From Mytilus edulis (Eukaryota), in assembly GCF_963676685.1 (NCBI RefSeq), contig NC_092352.1, forward strand, positions 1,922,001 through 1,986,000: a DNA stretch of 64,000 nt, in the 5' to 3' direction. A program made the translations under genes and the position numbers. Under the pieces are notes generated by a model that saw nothing but the letters and a program-made list of their open reading frames with translations, searched no databases and was not told where the DNA came from. Shown piece by piece: positions 47,726 to 59,700 of the stretch (the stretch's first letter is position 1; each line of letters begins with the position of its first letter).

Positions 47726-48634
47726 TTAAATTGCTTAATCATTTAGAGAGCCACAGTCTATTAAAGAGATTTTTTACGGTAAGTGCTTTTATGAAAGCCT
47801 TGAAAAGATACACAACACTGCTTGTCGACAGTAGTTACTCTGCAGTATAGCTTTACATATAGAAAGCTTGATGGTCTTGCACAGACCTTACCACTAATTG
47901 TAAGATGACATTGTTATATAAAGAACAAAATGTCTATCTTCAGTCTTGCTGGTCTTTCACAGACCTATCATATTTTGTCACTTTTATGTGAGTTTTAACT
48001 TATTTACATTTGAATACTTTTATCTATATAATATTGTTGTTATTTGCTAATTTGTAATTTATCATAATAAACTATGAAAACTTGCTAGTGTTAAGTTCTA
48101 CAATGCCACTTATGAAGGATCAGAGACTCAGGATTCCGATACCTACTCTTTACACGGTCTGGGGTAAAATATGTAAAGTTCACACAGAAAATACGCAACG
48201 TCAAAACCCCTCCGGTTACAAAACATTCAATCATTACTATCTATAATAAAGACTTTAACAGCTGTCTCTGTTAAGGATGTTAGCTTCCACTATAAAATTA
48301 CCTCTGCTTCTGAATATTATCATCCAAATAATATGATCGACATTATCTTTATCTTAAAACTCATCTAGTCATGCAGTTAAAACGACGGTTTAAGATATGG
48401 TATAAACTCTGAATAATTTCAGTAATGCCACAGGATTTCTTTACTTAATCCAATTAATCTTAATAAAAAGTTGTAACTGGCTTCTAAAAAGATGAAAGGA
48501 CTGAAAGGTAAAATCGACTACTAGCGCACCTCAGTAGCCCTTGGATTAACCCCAGTCTCGCCCCATATGTATATCATCTGTGAAAAATAGTCTTCTACAC
48601 GGCTTTATATGACGCAAGGACGTATATATATATA

Positions 48635-48978
48635 TAGTTGATATACGTATTCAACATTTTAAAGAACATTTTACTATTAACAATAACCACAAAAAAACCT
48701 ATTTCTCGTATCAAACATAAACTAAAAGAACTAGCCAAGAAATTTGTTTTTGTCCCGGCCGATAAAGCTGCTAATAATATTATAATTGTTTGACGTAAAT
48801 TTTACATTGAGGTTCTGAAAAAAGAAATCACCAATTCACCAACATTCCAACTGACTCCATTTTCAGAAAACGACATCTGTAACAAAAAAGAAATCACCAA
48901 TTCACCAACATTCCAACTGACTCCATTTTCAGAAAACGACATCTGTAACAAACATAAACTTTTAGCTACCGCTTTACA
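48635..48978 (+). pseudogene. Second Naiad family, RT N-terminal part, with an in-frame TGA (48791-48793) and an in-frame 66-bp duplication
   Basis: It translates IVDIRIQHFKEH...KFVFVPADKAANNIIIV*RKFYIEVLKKEI, homologous to YVVVPADKAPNNIVFVCKSHYINCLINEL in the intact Naiad. It begins in a (TA)n tract. Confidence 0.85.
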
Positions 48979-49111
48979 GAACATATTTATTTCCAATTAA
49001 GGGCCCACAAGGGGCATACAGAGCATACATGAATAAGGCAAAAGAATATTGATTTGCATAGATACATAGATACAAACAATTTTTTACATACAGTTACAAT
49101 ACAATTACTAA

Positions 49112-49711
49112 TATTCTGCCTCAGTGCATACTAGTATAACCATAAGCCACAGTAATGTATATCATTTATTTCGAAAACCATGAAATAACAAGTTCTACAT
49201 ATGTGTGCTGTGATGTTGGTAAAAAGCTACAAAAAACAAAAACAAAACCTTAGCTAACTCATCATACTCATGACTACAAAAATCATAAAACTAACAGTTC
49301 AAATCTATGTATCAAAATGAATTTTCAATCAAATCATTCAAAAATTATAGCACCAAATGGCTTTCCATACTTTTATAAAAACAGTGACAAAATAAACAAT
49401 CATCATATTTCACTTTTGGCTGATATACACATATACAAAATTTATCTTGATGTGGAAACATATTAACTTTCATCATACAATCATTAAAAACTATGAATTA
49501 TAAACTTATATTGTGAGTTGGCGTAGTTTACGATACTTTTAAATGCCTGTGACCACGTTCATGCTTTCAATTTAGGAAACAAAAAAGTAAGGGGGACAGT
49601 AACGAACTTCAAAGTACAAAAATCTAGCAATAAAAAATAGTCCGGGAAAACTTATGAAAAATCGATAGAATTTCTGTTAAACAATAAAAAATCAACACTG
49701 GTAACAGTACA
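49112..49711 (-). repeat. BEL/Pao 3' LTR
   Basis: It matches 56137-56736 with only one difference noticed (cttatattg vs cttacattg). Minus-strand termini are TGTA...AATA. Confidence 0.95.
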
Positions 49712-49917
49712 CTCCCCGTCTATTATCATTCCCATGATAATATTTTACAACAAATTTATGCAAATATACCAAATGTAAAAATAAGTCACAATTTTGACTA
49801 TTACGAAAAATCAATGCTATCGAAGAACATTCCTTCAGCATAAAAAACACACTAAAAATACAAACAACAGTTCACTTAAACCTTTTATAAATTGTTCAAT
49901 ATTGTCAATATTCACAA

Positions 49918-52900
49918 TCAGTCTACCAATAAAACCATCTCACTAATCGGTCTAGTATATGTAACAGCTTTTCCTTCCTTGTAAATGCGGAGGCGAGCCT
50001 TGCGTATTTTTCCATCATCGCTTTTGAAAACTTCCTCCACAATGCCTAGTGGCCACTCTCCTCGGTAAATAGATTTGTCTCTCATAAGAATTACATCACC
50101 AACTTTGATATCGTCTTTGTCAATGTGCCATTTACGTCTCTGTTGCAAACATTGTAAATAATCTGACCTCCAATGCTTCCAGAATATATCTGATAGAACT
50201 TGCACATGTTTCCATTGTGCACGATACATATCCTTGAGATTGTATGTGTCCGTTATCACAGGTAAGTAGTCTTGTTTTCCAGTTAAGAGCATTGATGGAC
50301 TTAGAATCAAAGGCATTTCCGGATCTGATGATATCTGTGCAATGGGTCTTGCGTTAATAATAGCGGTCACTTCAGCTAAGAATGTTGTTAAACTTTCATG
50401 AGTCAAACTTTTACTACTAGAAGTTAAGATAACAGCGTCTAATATTCTTCGTGTGACACCTATCATCCTTTCCCACACTCCTCCCATGTGGGAAGAGTGG
50501 GGAGGGTTAAATTTCCATACTGAACCAGATTCACATAGAAAGTTTTTAACTGTCAAATCTTCAACATTTATAGCTTCAATATTTGAATCATCTGTGGCAC
50601 CTATGAAATTTGTCCCACGGTCAGATCGATACACTTTGGCTTGTCCGCGTAATGACTGGAACCTACGAAGTGAATTTATAAAACAGGAACTGCTTAATGA
50701 TTCTATCACTTCTATATGGACTGCTCTCGTAGTCATACATGTAAATAAAATAGCCCACCTTTTACTATTTGCTGAACCTCCACGTGTCTTACGAGTTAAT
50801 ACTTGCCAAGGTCCGAAGGTATCCAAACCTACAAATGTGAACGGAGGCCCTGGTGTTAGTCTATCAGAAGGCAAGTCCGCCATTTTTTGTTCCTGGAACT
50901 TTCCTCGAAGTTTCCTGCATATTACACACTTTTGTATAAATGAAGAAATTAATCGTTTAGCTCCAATTAGCCAGTATCCTGCACTCCTTAACGCACCTTC
51001 AGTTAAATGTCTACCCTGATGTTTCACTGAATTGTGATAGCGGTCTATAAGAAGCTTACTAATGTAACTATTTTTCGGAATGATAATTGGGTTAATTTCT
51101 CCTGTCGGAAGCCAAGACTTTGCCTTTTCCAAACGTCCTCCTACACGAATCAAACCTTGTGAATCCAAAAATGGCGAAAGAGAGATTAAAGATGATTGTT
51201 TTGAAATGTTTGTGCCTCTAGCCAAACATTCTATCTCTTGCGAATATACTTCCTTCTGACATTCCTTCAAGATAAATAATTCCGCTTTTTGGTAACTATC
51301 AACTGACATGACATTTTGACAAAAATGCCAACCTTGGCACGACTTATCCTTTAAACTGAATGACTGAGCCACATGTTGCAAAAATGATATAGCTTTCACA
51401 AGCCGTCTCCAACTAGAGAATTTTTTAAAACGCCCCACTATTGGCGCAAGCGCATCTATTGACGTTTTCGATGCACTTATCTCTTTTCTAATCTCTTTAT
51501 CATTATCTGGACTAACTAACGGATATAATATTTTGACATCACATTGAGCTTCTTCGTCAGAGTTCTTCATCCACTTCGGCCCAAGAAGCCATGGATTGTT
51601 TTCCATATCAACAGATATTGAGTAACGTGTACCGCAATCTGATGGGTTTAAATGTGTTGGGACAAACTGCCACTGATTTGATGACGATACACTCAGAATG
51701 CGTTCAATTCTGTTTGACACGTAGGTGTGAAAACGTCGGGTCTGATTAGTGATATATCCTAACACAATTTTGCTATCAGAATAATACTTGATAGAGTCCA
51801 ACGGAACATCTAAATTTTCAGATATTATTTTTCCAATTTCGGTTGCCAAGACAGCCCCACATAACTCTAATCTTGGTATCGTGTTTCCGCTAAGAGGTGC
51901 TAGTTTCGATTTTCCCATAATAAATCCTACGGTACTGGTCCCATATGTGTCGATAGCTCTTAAATATGCCGAAGCCGCAACTGCCTTCTCTGAAGCGTCT
52001 GAAAATACATGTACTTCTAAGTTGTCCATAACACTGATTGACATAGGTATATACATACGTGGTATACTAAGTTCTCGAAGTGACAAAACAGAGATCCTCC
52101 ATTCATTCCATTTCTCTTGAAAACTTTGTGATAAACATTCATCCCAATCAGTACCCGGTGGGGATGCATCTCGCAACAAAATCTTTCCGCTAATTGTGAG
52201 TGGTGACAAGAATCCAATCGGATCAAAAATACTATTCAATGACGAAAGAATACCTCTACGGGTGCAGGGTTTATCATCTTGTAATGGGGTAAATATAAAG
52301 CTATCGGTGTTTAAGTCCCAAGCGAGGCCAAGGCTGTGTTGTACCGGAAAATAGTCTTCACACAAGTTTAAATTCTTGAGATCCTTTCCAATATCATCGG
52401 CAGGGAAAGCCTTCATTACGTCGCTACTATTTGATGTAATCTTGTGTAACCTAATGTTACCTTCTGTTTTTAGCGCCATCTGTGTTCTTGTTATAAGATC
52501 AATTACTTGTTCACTTTCAGGCAAGGAAATGAGCCCATCGTCTACGTAAAAATCCCTGTTAACGAAAGTCTTAACATCTGAGCCGAACGTTTCATTAGAG
52601 TTTTCAACTGTCTTACGTAATCCGTACGTTGCCACTGCAGGAGAAGCGCTATTGCCAAAAACATTGACACACATCCGATGTTCTATAAGCGGATTATCTG
52701 GGTTATTGTCCTTGTACCAAAAGAACCTCAAAAAGTTTCTATCTTCTTCTCTCACGTAGAATTGATAAAACATTTGTTCTATATCAGCAGTGGCCGCAAA
52801 CTGGTCACTGCGAAAACGCAACAAAATACCAAGTAGGTTGTTAGTGAGATCTGGTCCTGACATCATAACGCTATTGAGAGATACTCCTTCGAAAGATGCT

Positions 52901-53925
52901 GAGGAATCAAATACGCCTCTTATCTGGTTAGGCTTGTTCTGGTGGTAAACGCCAAAAAGGGGGAGATACCAACACTCCTCATCTGTGATTATGGGAGCTA
53001 CCTCCGCTGCTCCGCTAACTAATACTTTTTGCATAAATTCTACAAAATGAGTCTTTTTTGTAAAATTTTGTTGGAAAGATTTATCGAGTATTTGAGCCCT
53101 TTTCCATGCTTGACTCCTATTGTTCGGCAATCGTTGTCTATTTGGTCTAAAAGGGAGGGGTGCAGTCCAGTGCCCATTTGAATCTTTCTTAAATTCAGAA
53201 TCCATGAGATTAAGGAACAAGCGGTCTTGGACTGATGTGCCAATCTTGTCGTCATCTTTGGTTTTAATAAACAATGGGTCATTGTTACATCTTTGTGAAT
53301 GAACATTATCTCTGATATGAGCCAATTCAGTGTTTTCCTTTACATACAAAGTGTTAATACAAGGTTCAAATATAGTTCCTCTACCATTGTTCATTACATT
53401 AGTCTTATTGACATTGACAAAATTTGGTTTGTGTACTTTGCCTAAGCAAACATCGCCTATAATTACCCAACCGAAAAAGAGCTCCTGGGCAAATGGCGTG
53501 CCCTTCGGTCCTGTCAACTGTCTAAACACGTGGTGCGCTTCTGGGACATCTCTTCCAATCAAAAGTTGAATGTCTATATTTGGATTCAAATCTAACATTT
53601 GATGAGCTATCTCCCGTAAATGGGGATAGGATTTAGCAATATCCGGAGTCGGAATTTCTGATTTTTCGTCTGGGATTGCACTGCACTCTATTACTGAATG
53701 TATTTCAAGTTCTCCATTACCAGACAATGACTCAACTATCAGACTTTCTGCACATCTACCATTCATGATAGTGCGTCCAGCACAAGACGACATAGTATAC
53801 TGAATGGCCGATGTATTTATACCTAATTGATCGAACAGCTCAGTCTTAGCAAGAGTTCTGTTACTTTGGTCGTCCAGTATAGCGTACACATTAACGGCTT
53901 TATCTGGGAAGTTCTTCGGGTACAC
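49918..53925 (-). CDS. BEL/Pao pol (protease, RT, RNase H, integrase)
   Basis: Motifs: AILDDQS protease, ADIEQMF, FGNSASP, FYVDD, VFSDAS, IPRLELCGA, H..KHQG...CVIC, GLDTFGP, SDRGTNF and GGVWER. Confidence 0.95.
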   Translation of the reverse strand: MYPKNFPDKAVNVYAILDDQSNRTLAKTELFDQLGINTSAIQYTMSSCAGRTIMNGRCAESLIVESLSGNGELEIHSVIECSAIPDEKSEIPTPDIAKSYPHLREIAHQMLDLNPNIDIQLLIGRDVPEAHHVFRQLTGPKGTPFAQELFFGWVIIGDVCLGKVHKPNFVNVNKTNVMNNGRGTIFEPCINTLYVKENTELAHIRDNVHSQRCNNDPLFIKTKDDDKIGTSVQDRLFLNLMDSEFKKDSNGHWTAPLPFRPNRQRLPNNRSQAWKRAQILDKSFQQNFTKKTHFVEFMQKVLVSGAAEVAPIITDEECWYLPLFGVYHQNKPNQIRGVFDSSASFEGVSLNSVMMSGPDLTNNLLGILLRFRSDQFAATADIEQMFYQFYVREEDRNFLRFFWYKDNNPDNPLIEHRMCVNVFGNSASPAVATYGLRKTVENSNETFGSDVKTFVNRDFYVDDGLISLPESEQVIDLITRTQMALKTEGNIRLHKITSNSSDVMKAFPADDIGKDLKNLNLCEDYFPVQHSLGLAWDLNTDSFIFTPLQDDKPCTRRGILSSLNSIFDPIGFLSPLTISGKILLRDASPPGTDWDECLSQSFQEKWNEWRISVLSLRELSIPRMYIPMSISVMDNLEVHVFSDASEKAVAASAYLRAIDTYGTSTVGFIMGKSKLAPLSGNTIPRLELCGAVLATEIGKIISENLDVPLDSIKYYSDSKIVLGYITNQTRRFHTYVSNRIERILSVSSSNQWQFVPTHLNPSDCGTRYSISVDMENNPWLLGPKWMKNSDEEAQCDVKILYPLVSPDNDKEIRKEISASKTSIDALAPIVGRFKKFSSWRRLVKAISFLQHVAQSFSLKDKSCQGWHFCQNVMSVDSYQKAELFILKECQKEVYSQEIECLARGTNISKQSSLISLSPFLDSQGLIRVGGRLEKAKSWLPTGEINPIIIPKNSYISKLLIDRYHNSVKHQGRHLTEGALRSAGYWLIGAKRLISSFIQKCVICRKLRGKFQEQKMADLPSDRLTPGPPFTFVGLDTFGPWQVLTRKTRGGSANSKRWAILFTCMTTRAVHIEVIESLSSSCFINSLRRFQSLRGQAKVYRSDRGTNFIGATDDSNIEAINVEDLTVKNFLCESGSVWKFNPPHSSHMGGVWERMIGVTRRILDAVILTSSSKSLTHESLTTFLAEVTAIINARPIAQISSDPEMPLILSPSMLLTGKQDYLPVITDTYNLKDMYRAQWKHVQVLSDIFWKHWRSDYLQCLQQRRKWHIDKDDIKVGDVILMRDKSIYRGEWPLGIVEEVFKSDDGKIRKARLRIYKEGKAVTYTRPISEMVLLVD

Positions 53926-56066
53926 ACGGACCTGAACGGTTTTTCCACATGATTTACCACTAAATCCACATAAAAACGTGCACTTGGATGATCATTAGCA
54001 TTTTGCGTTGTATCAGATGATTTCTCTCCGCCGTCAGGACAACTAGATTTTGCAGTTACATGCATAGCGGTTATATGATAATTACTTCCACAATGATCGC
54101 ATTTTACAGTTACAGTGCAATTTCGTGACATATGAGTTGTCGAATGGCAGCATTTGAAACAAATATTATTGTCCTTCAGATACTTTCTGCGTTCTTCATA
54201 AGTCATTGCTTTAAAGGCTCGACAAGTATTCAAATGATGATTGGCTTTATGAATAGGACAACGTACTGTCTCTTTCTCTTCCTTCTGTTTAATATTAACA
54301 TCCGTTTTTCGGTTAAACACTGACGTTGCACCATGGTTAACTTTCCGTGTTTCATTTTTCCTAGAATACGACGTTTCAGTATTACTATAAATAAACGCGG
54401 GATCATTTTTGACAGCACTAACCTCTCTGATAAATTGCACCAAGTACGAAAAAGGTGGAAATGGTACGTTGTTCCTCAGTTTGTATTGCGATGCACGTGT
54501 TGTCCACTTCTCTTGTATATTATATGGTAATTTGTCCACAATTGGTAAAACACCAGAAGAAGAGTCGAAATATGACAATAAATTTGAAAATGTCTCATTC
54601 TCTTTCGAAGATTCTATTTGTGTGAGAATATCTAATAGCTCATAAAGTCGACTATGATCCTTGTTTGTTAACTTTGGAAACTTCTGTAGTTTTGTTTTAA
54701 TTGCAGCTTCTACCATCTCAGGTCTACCATAGCGTTCGTCAAGACGCTCCCATATACGACGAAGACCAGCATTTGGATTGTTCACATTTGACGCACGAAT
54801 ATTTTGCGAAAACTTTGAAGATTCACGGCCGAGCCATTTAACTAATAAGTCCATTTCTTCGAAAGCCGTAACTGAGAGTTCTTCAGTAATACTTTTAAAG
54901 GTAGCTTTCCATGAAGCATAAGTTTCGGGACAGTCATCGAAATTCTGAAATCTAGAAAGTAGTAAATCTTTCTTCAACAAAAACTTTGTCAAGTCAGACA
55001 CTACAGACTGATCATGATTTGGTGGCAGTGGTGGTTGAGTTAATTCAAAATCAGCTGCATAAGGATTTAATGTTTGTTTTTGCCGAATTTCTGGTTTAAT
55101 ATCTTCAACTATCGATCGATCCAAATCGTCGACTTGAAATTTTGGCAAATTCCTTGGCGTAGGAATTATGTTTAACTGGTTCCGAGGTGCCGGAATATGT
55201 GAACTAAATTTGTCTTGATTGTTCGGAATATCTTGCGGAACATTATTATTCTTGTCTTGAGATTTGAGTTGTTCCACTTCATTAAATTGTTCATTTACAT
55301 ACTTTTCTGTTAGTGTCATTTTCACTTTTTGTAAATACTCTTTGTCTTCTTGTAACGACAAGGATCTTCTATCGCTCTCGGCTTCTTCTAAAACTTTGAC
55401 CTCGACCTCTGCGACAGCGGCTTCTGTCTGTTGTTTAAGCAGTGCTAAATCTGCATCAACTTCAGCTTTTTCACGGTCCTTCAAAGCTTTAGACTGTGTT
55501 TCTAATTCACTTAATCTTGCTTTTTGCTTAATTAATTTTGTTTGTTGTTCCGCATATTGTAACTTTGTTCGTTGAACTTCAGCATTTACACGCTTCCTAG
55601 CCATAGCTGAACTCGAAATTGAGCCGCTTTTACCACTATTGTTTGAACGGACAGACTCTACAGGAACTACTGACATAGTTTCAGCTGCGGTTAATTTCAA
55701 TGTCTTAATTTGTTGTAATGTATTGTCAATGATTTCATTGCACTTTTTAAACTCAGTCTTAAAGGTGGGTAATGCGTCATTACTGTCTTCATTATTCTTG
55801 CGTGTCAAAAACTCAATATATTGATTTGAGTTTTCACAGTATTTTTCACGAGACTTCAAAATGTTTTTCTCTAGTTTGCGTAGAGGTTTCAGCTCCTTCG
55901 AGCACTCTGATAATTCTTCGAGTAAATTTTCTATAGTTTCCCACGAACCGTCAATTTGCTTAAGGTATTTTATCTTATGTGAATGATAAAGTTCTTTACC
56001 TTTCTCTGTCATTTTATGTTCATGTGTTACTGTTGTTTCAGGCGGAAGTGGTTGTGATTGAGCCAT
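53823..56066 (-). CDS. BEL/Pao gag (coiled coil, capsid-like region, three Cys/His knuckles)
   Basis: It has the knuckles CPIHKANHHLNTC, CFKCCHSTTHMSRNC and CDHCGSNYHITAMH. The frame shifts to pol near 53990. Confidence 0.9.
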   Translation of the reverse strand: MAQSQPLPPETTVTHEHKMTEKGKELYHSHKIKYLKQIDGSWETIENLLEELSECSKELKPLRKLEKNILKSREKYCENSNQYIEFLTRKNNEDSNDALPTFKTEFKKCNEIIDNTLQQIKTLKLTAAETMSVVPVESVRSNNSGKSGSISSSAMARKRVNAEVQRTKLQYAEQQTKLIKQKARLSELETQSKALKDREKAEVDADLALLKQQTEAAVAEVEVKVLEEAESDRRSLSLQEDKEYLQKVKMTLTEKYVNEQFNEVEQLKSQDKNNNVPQDIPNNQDKFSSHIPAPRNQLNIIPTPRNLPKFQVDDLDRSIVEDIKPEIRQKQTLNPYAADFELTQPPLPPNHDQSVVSDLTKFLLKKDLLLSRFQNFDDCPETYASWKATFKSITEELSVTAFEEMDLLVKWLGRESSKFSQNIRASNVNNPNAGLRRIWERLDERYGRPEMVEAAIKTKLQKFPKLTNKDHSRLYELLDILTQIESSKENETFSNLLSYFDSSSGVLPIVDKLPYNIQEKWTTRASQYKLRNNVPFPPFSYLVQFIREVSAVKNDPAFIYSNTETSYSRKNETRKVNHGATSVFNRKTDVNIKQKEEKETVRCPIHKANHHLNTCRAFKAMTYEERRKYLKDNNICFKCCHSTTHMSRNCTVTVKCDHCGSNYHITAMHVTAKSSCPDGGEKSSDTTQNANDHPSARFYVDLVVNHVEKPFRSVCTRRTSQIKPLMCTLYWTTKVTELLLRLSCSIN

Positions 56067-56136
56067 TTCATAAAATTGTTTGTAGGAACTACTGCATGTT
56101 ATTCTGTATCGAACTGTGTCTTTGCAATCTTTTTAC

Positions 56137-56736
56137 TATTCTGCCTCAGTGCATACTAGTATAACCATAAGCCACAGTAATGTATATCATTTATTTCGAA
56201 AACCATGAAATAACAAGTTCTACATATGTGTGCTGTGATGTTGGTAAAAAGCTACAAAAAACAAAAACAAAACCTTAGCTAACTCATCATACTCATGACT
56301 ACAAAAATCATAAAACTAACAGTTCAAATCTATGTATCAAAATGAATTTTCAATCAAATCATTCAAAAATTATAGCACCAAATGGCTTTCCATACTTTTA
56401 TAAAAACAGTGACAAAATAAACAATCATCATATTTCACTTTTGGCTGATATACACATATACAAAATTTATCTTGATGTGGAAACATATTAACTTTCATCA
56501 TACAATCATTAAAAACTATGAATTATAAACTTACATTGTGAGTTGGCGTAGTTTACGATACTTTTAAATGCCTGTGACCACGTTCATGCTTTCAATTTAG
56601 GAAACAAAAAAGTAAGGGGGACAGTAACGAACTTCAAAGTACAAAAATCTAGCAATAAAAAATAGTCCGGGAAAACTTATGAAAAATCGATAGAATTTCT
56701 GTTAAACAATAAAAAATCAACACTGGTAACAGTACA
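56137..56736 (-). repeat. BEL/Pao 5' LTR
   Basis: It is a direct repeat of 49112-49711. Confidence 0.95.
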
Positions 56737-56737
56737 A

Positions 56738-59700
56738 CTAACTCATATTCACTTTAATAAATTTACCAACAGCATTAAGGACCTGATTGTCTTCACAGTT
56801 TAATAAATAAATAAATTCATGCTGATTATCAAGTATAGAAAAATTCGGAATTCTTTGGCAAACAAAGTCAAAGAGAGCATCTCTATCCGATTTAAAATTT
56901 TCACAGTTAGTTAAAAAATGGATTTCATCTTCAACGCAGCCAAGAGGAGCATTTTTTGCAAATTCTTTCATTTCGTGGAATATTTGAAAAACGACCAACT
57001 TCAATTTGAAGCTTATGAGCAGAAATACGTAATTTGCATATAGATCTTCTAAAATCAAAGTTCTTAATTAAAGAAAGATAATTTTCATAACCAAAATTCT
57101 GCTTAAATTTCACATAATTAAACAGTTTTCCATCGGAAGCTTTATTTTGGCTAGCATACCAATTGCTAATATATTTAGTGTGAATTAATTTACTAGATAT
57201 GTTCAAAAATTTATATTGTCCGAAATGTTTTACTTCTTGTTTAATTTCAAAAACTTCTAATACTTTTTTAACAAATGAGAACCAAGAAGTTATGTTAGAT
57301 TTGTGAAGCTCTTGGCTGCATTTATAAGCATCTTTCAATAGACTGAAATCAGTTGTAAGATTTTCAAATCTATACCAGTATTTTACAATTGACTTTACAA
57401 TATCATAATGTAAGGGGAAACATTCCAGTTCTGATAATACAGCAAAATTGACACTCCTTTTGTGTACACCAAGTATAAATTTAGAAAATTTAAGATGGAG
57501 ATTCTCACACTTAAGATTTTTAAAAACATTTTCAAGATTAAATAAGGAAGACTGTAATTTAGTACAAGTGACATTATAACCTCCCCATACCTCTGAATTA
57601 TATAACAGAATGGGTTTAAGGGTATGATCAAAAATATGAACAGAAGATTTTATTCCAGGAGACAAATTGATAAAATCCTTTCTAAGTTTGTAGTAGGCCT
57701 TAAGAGCCTTATTATAAAGTTCAGTTTTAGCTAGATGAAAACTTCCAGATGCAGTAAAGTGAACACCTAAATATTTGTAATGAGCGACACAGTCAATCAA
57801 GTTATTCTGCAGTCGAAAATTTGCCTGAATTTTCCTTCCAGCCTTATTAAAAATTATGACTTTAGTCTTTCTAATATTAACTTTCAGGCACCAGTCAGCA
57901 CAATATTTTTCTAGCTGATCAAGTCTACTTTGAAGCCCTGTGGCTGATGTTGACATAATCACAATATCATCCGCATACATCAAACAATTTAATTTCTCTG
58001 AGTGCAGGGAAACTGCATCCAGACAGGAGTCAAGATATTGATAAGATGGGAAGTCATTTATAAAAATTTTAAATAATGAAGGACTCAAGTTGTCTCCTTG
58101 TCTTACACCTAATTTAATGCTAAAAGGGTCAGTGAGAGAAGCTCCAACTCTTACACATGCTTTACTATTATTATACATATCTGATATAATATTATAAAAT
58201 AAAGTACCAACTTTCATATTAATAAGCTTCAGTTTAAGACCTATATGAATTACACTGTCGAATGCTTTGCGAAAGTCTACAAAACAAGTATATAGTCTAC
58301 CCTCTTTACTGTGACAGTATTTGTCTATCAGTGTTTTCAAAATAAATATATGATCTGAAGTTCTGGCATTTTTTGTAAAGCCAATCTGAGAATTATGAAT
58401 TAAGTTGTTTTGGTACAAAAATTTGTCAAGTCTTGTATTCAAAATATTGTTAAAAAGTTTACCAATGGTACTAGTAATTGTTATACCTCTATAGTTAGAT
58501 GGATCACAAGGATCATCTGATTTAAAAATTGGCGAAATAAAACCATCAGCCCAAATCTTTGGGTACACACTATTCTTGAGGCACAAATTAAATAATTTAT
58601 ATAAGCAACCTATCAAATATGACTGACTATATTTTAACATTTCATTTGAAATCAAATCAGGTCCACAGGCCTTGCCTGATTTTAAGCTCGCAATAGCATC
58701 AGAAATTTCTTTTTTACTAATATCATTATCTAAATCATTAAAAACTAAAGATTTTTCTTTGTCATTTAGGATCATTTCCAACTGGTTAAGTCGTGAATAA
58801 AATGTGTTATCAATTGCAGAGTGAAGATTACGAAAGTGATTGGCCCATGTATCAGAATCAATTTGTGAAGAGCAGTTTTCTTTTTTGCTATCCTGAATGT
58901 CATTTATTAATTTCCAATACTGCTTAGGGTTTTCAACTCTAAGAGTATCAAGTTTTTGTAGCATGGAATTGATAAATTGCTTATATTTAACTTTTCTATA
59001 TTTATTATAGATTCTAAAATATTTATAATATCTGCCTTTAATAACAGGATCCTTAGGATATCTTGAATAAATTTTACCTAAGGATATAACATTTTTGCGC
59101 ATTTTAAAAAGATCACTATCAAACCATTTTTTTCTGGGGTCTGGGACCCTTTTTATTCTTTTTTTGGGGTTACCAGGGAAATTTTGGCTGCAGAAAGAAA
59201 GATATCACATAAATCCTGTGCCTTTTTGTTAATGTCTTCAGAAGAGCAATAACTATCATTAATAAGGAAAGATGAAATTTTCTGCTGATTATCCGGTGAC
59301 AAAAGTGCTTGCTGAAATTTAAGTGGGGAGTCCTCAGTCCATCTAAAATTAACAGGGGCAGCATGAAGATTATTTGACTGAGTTTCTGTTATTTGATATT
59401 TAGCCAAAATTTCCCATGATATTTTACAATGACAGTCTGAGAATGTTGAGACAAACTCTGACACTCTGAAATAAAGTATCTGATTAAATAATCTTTCATT
59501 TGCTATAAGGTAATCAACAGTGCTTTGGCCATGTGTATTAAAACAAGTAAAATGACCAAATAAATCACCCATGCATCTACCATTTATATTTATATATAAA
59601 TGATTTAACAGATTATTTGAATAGCAAAAATATAAATGGCTTATTGTCTATATCTGAATGTTTGGAAAATGATCTCAATGTGTACCTAAAATTATTTATA

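Larger units (their letters stand above)
49112..56736 (-). mobile_element. BEL/Pao LTR retrotransposon, very recent insertion
   Basis: It has 600-bp LTRs, a 5-bp TSD actaa (49107-49111 and 56737-56741), and a PPT tagacggggag next to the 3' LTR. Confidence 0.96.
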
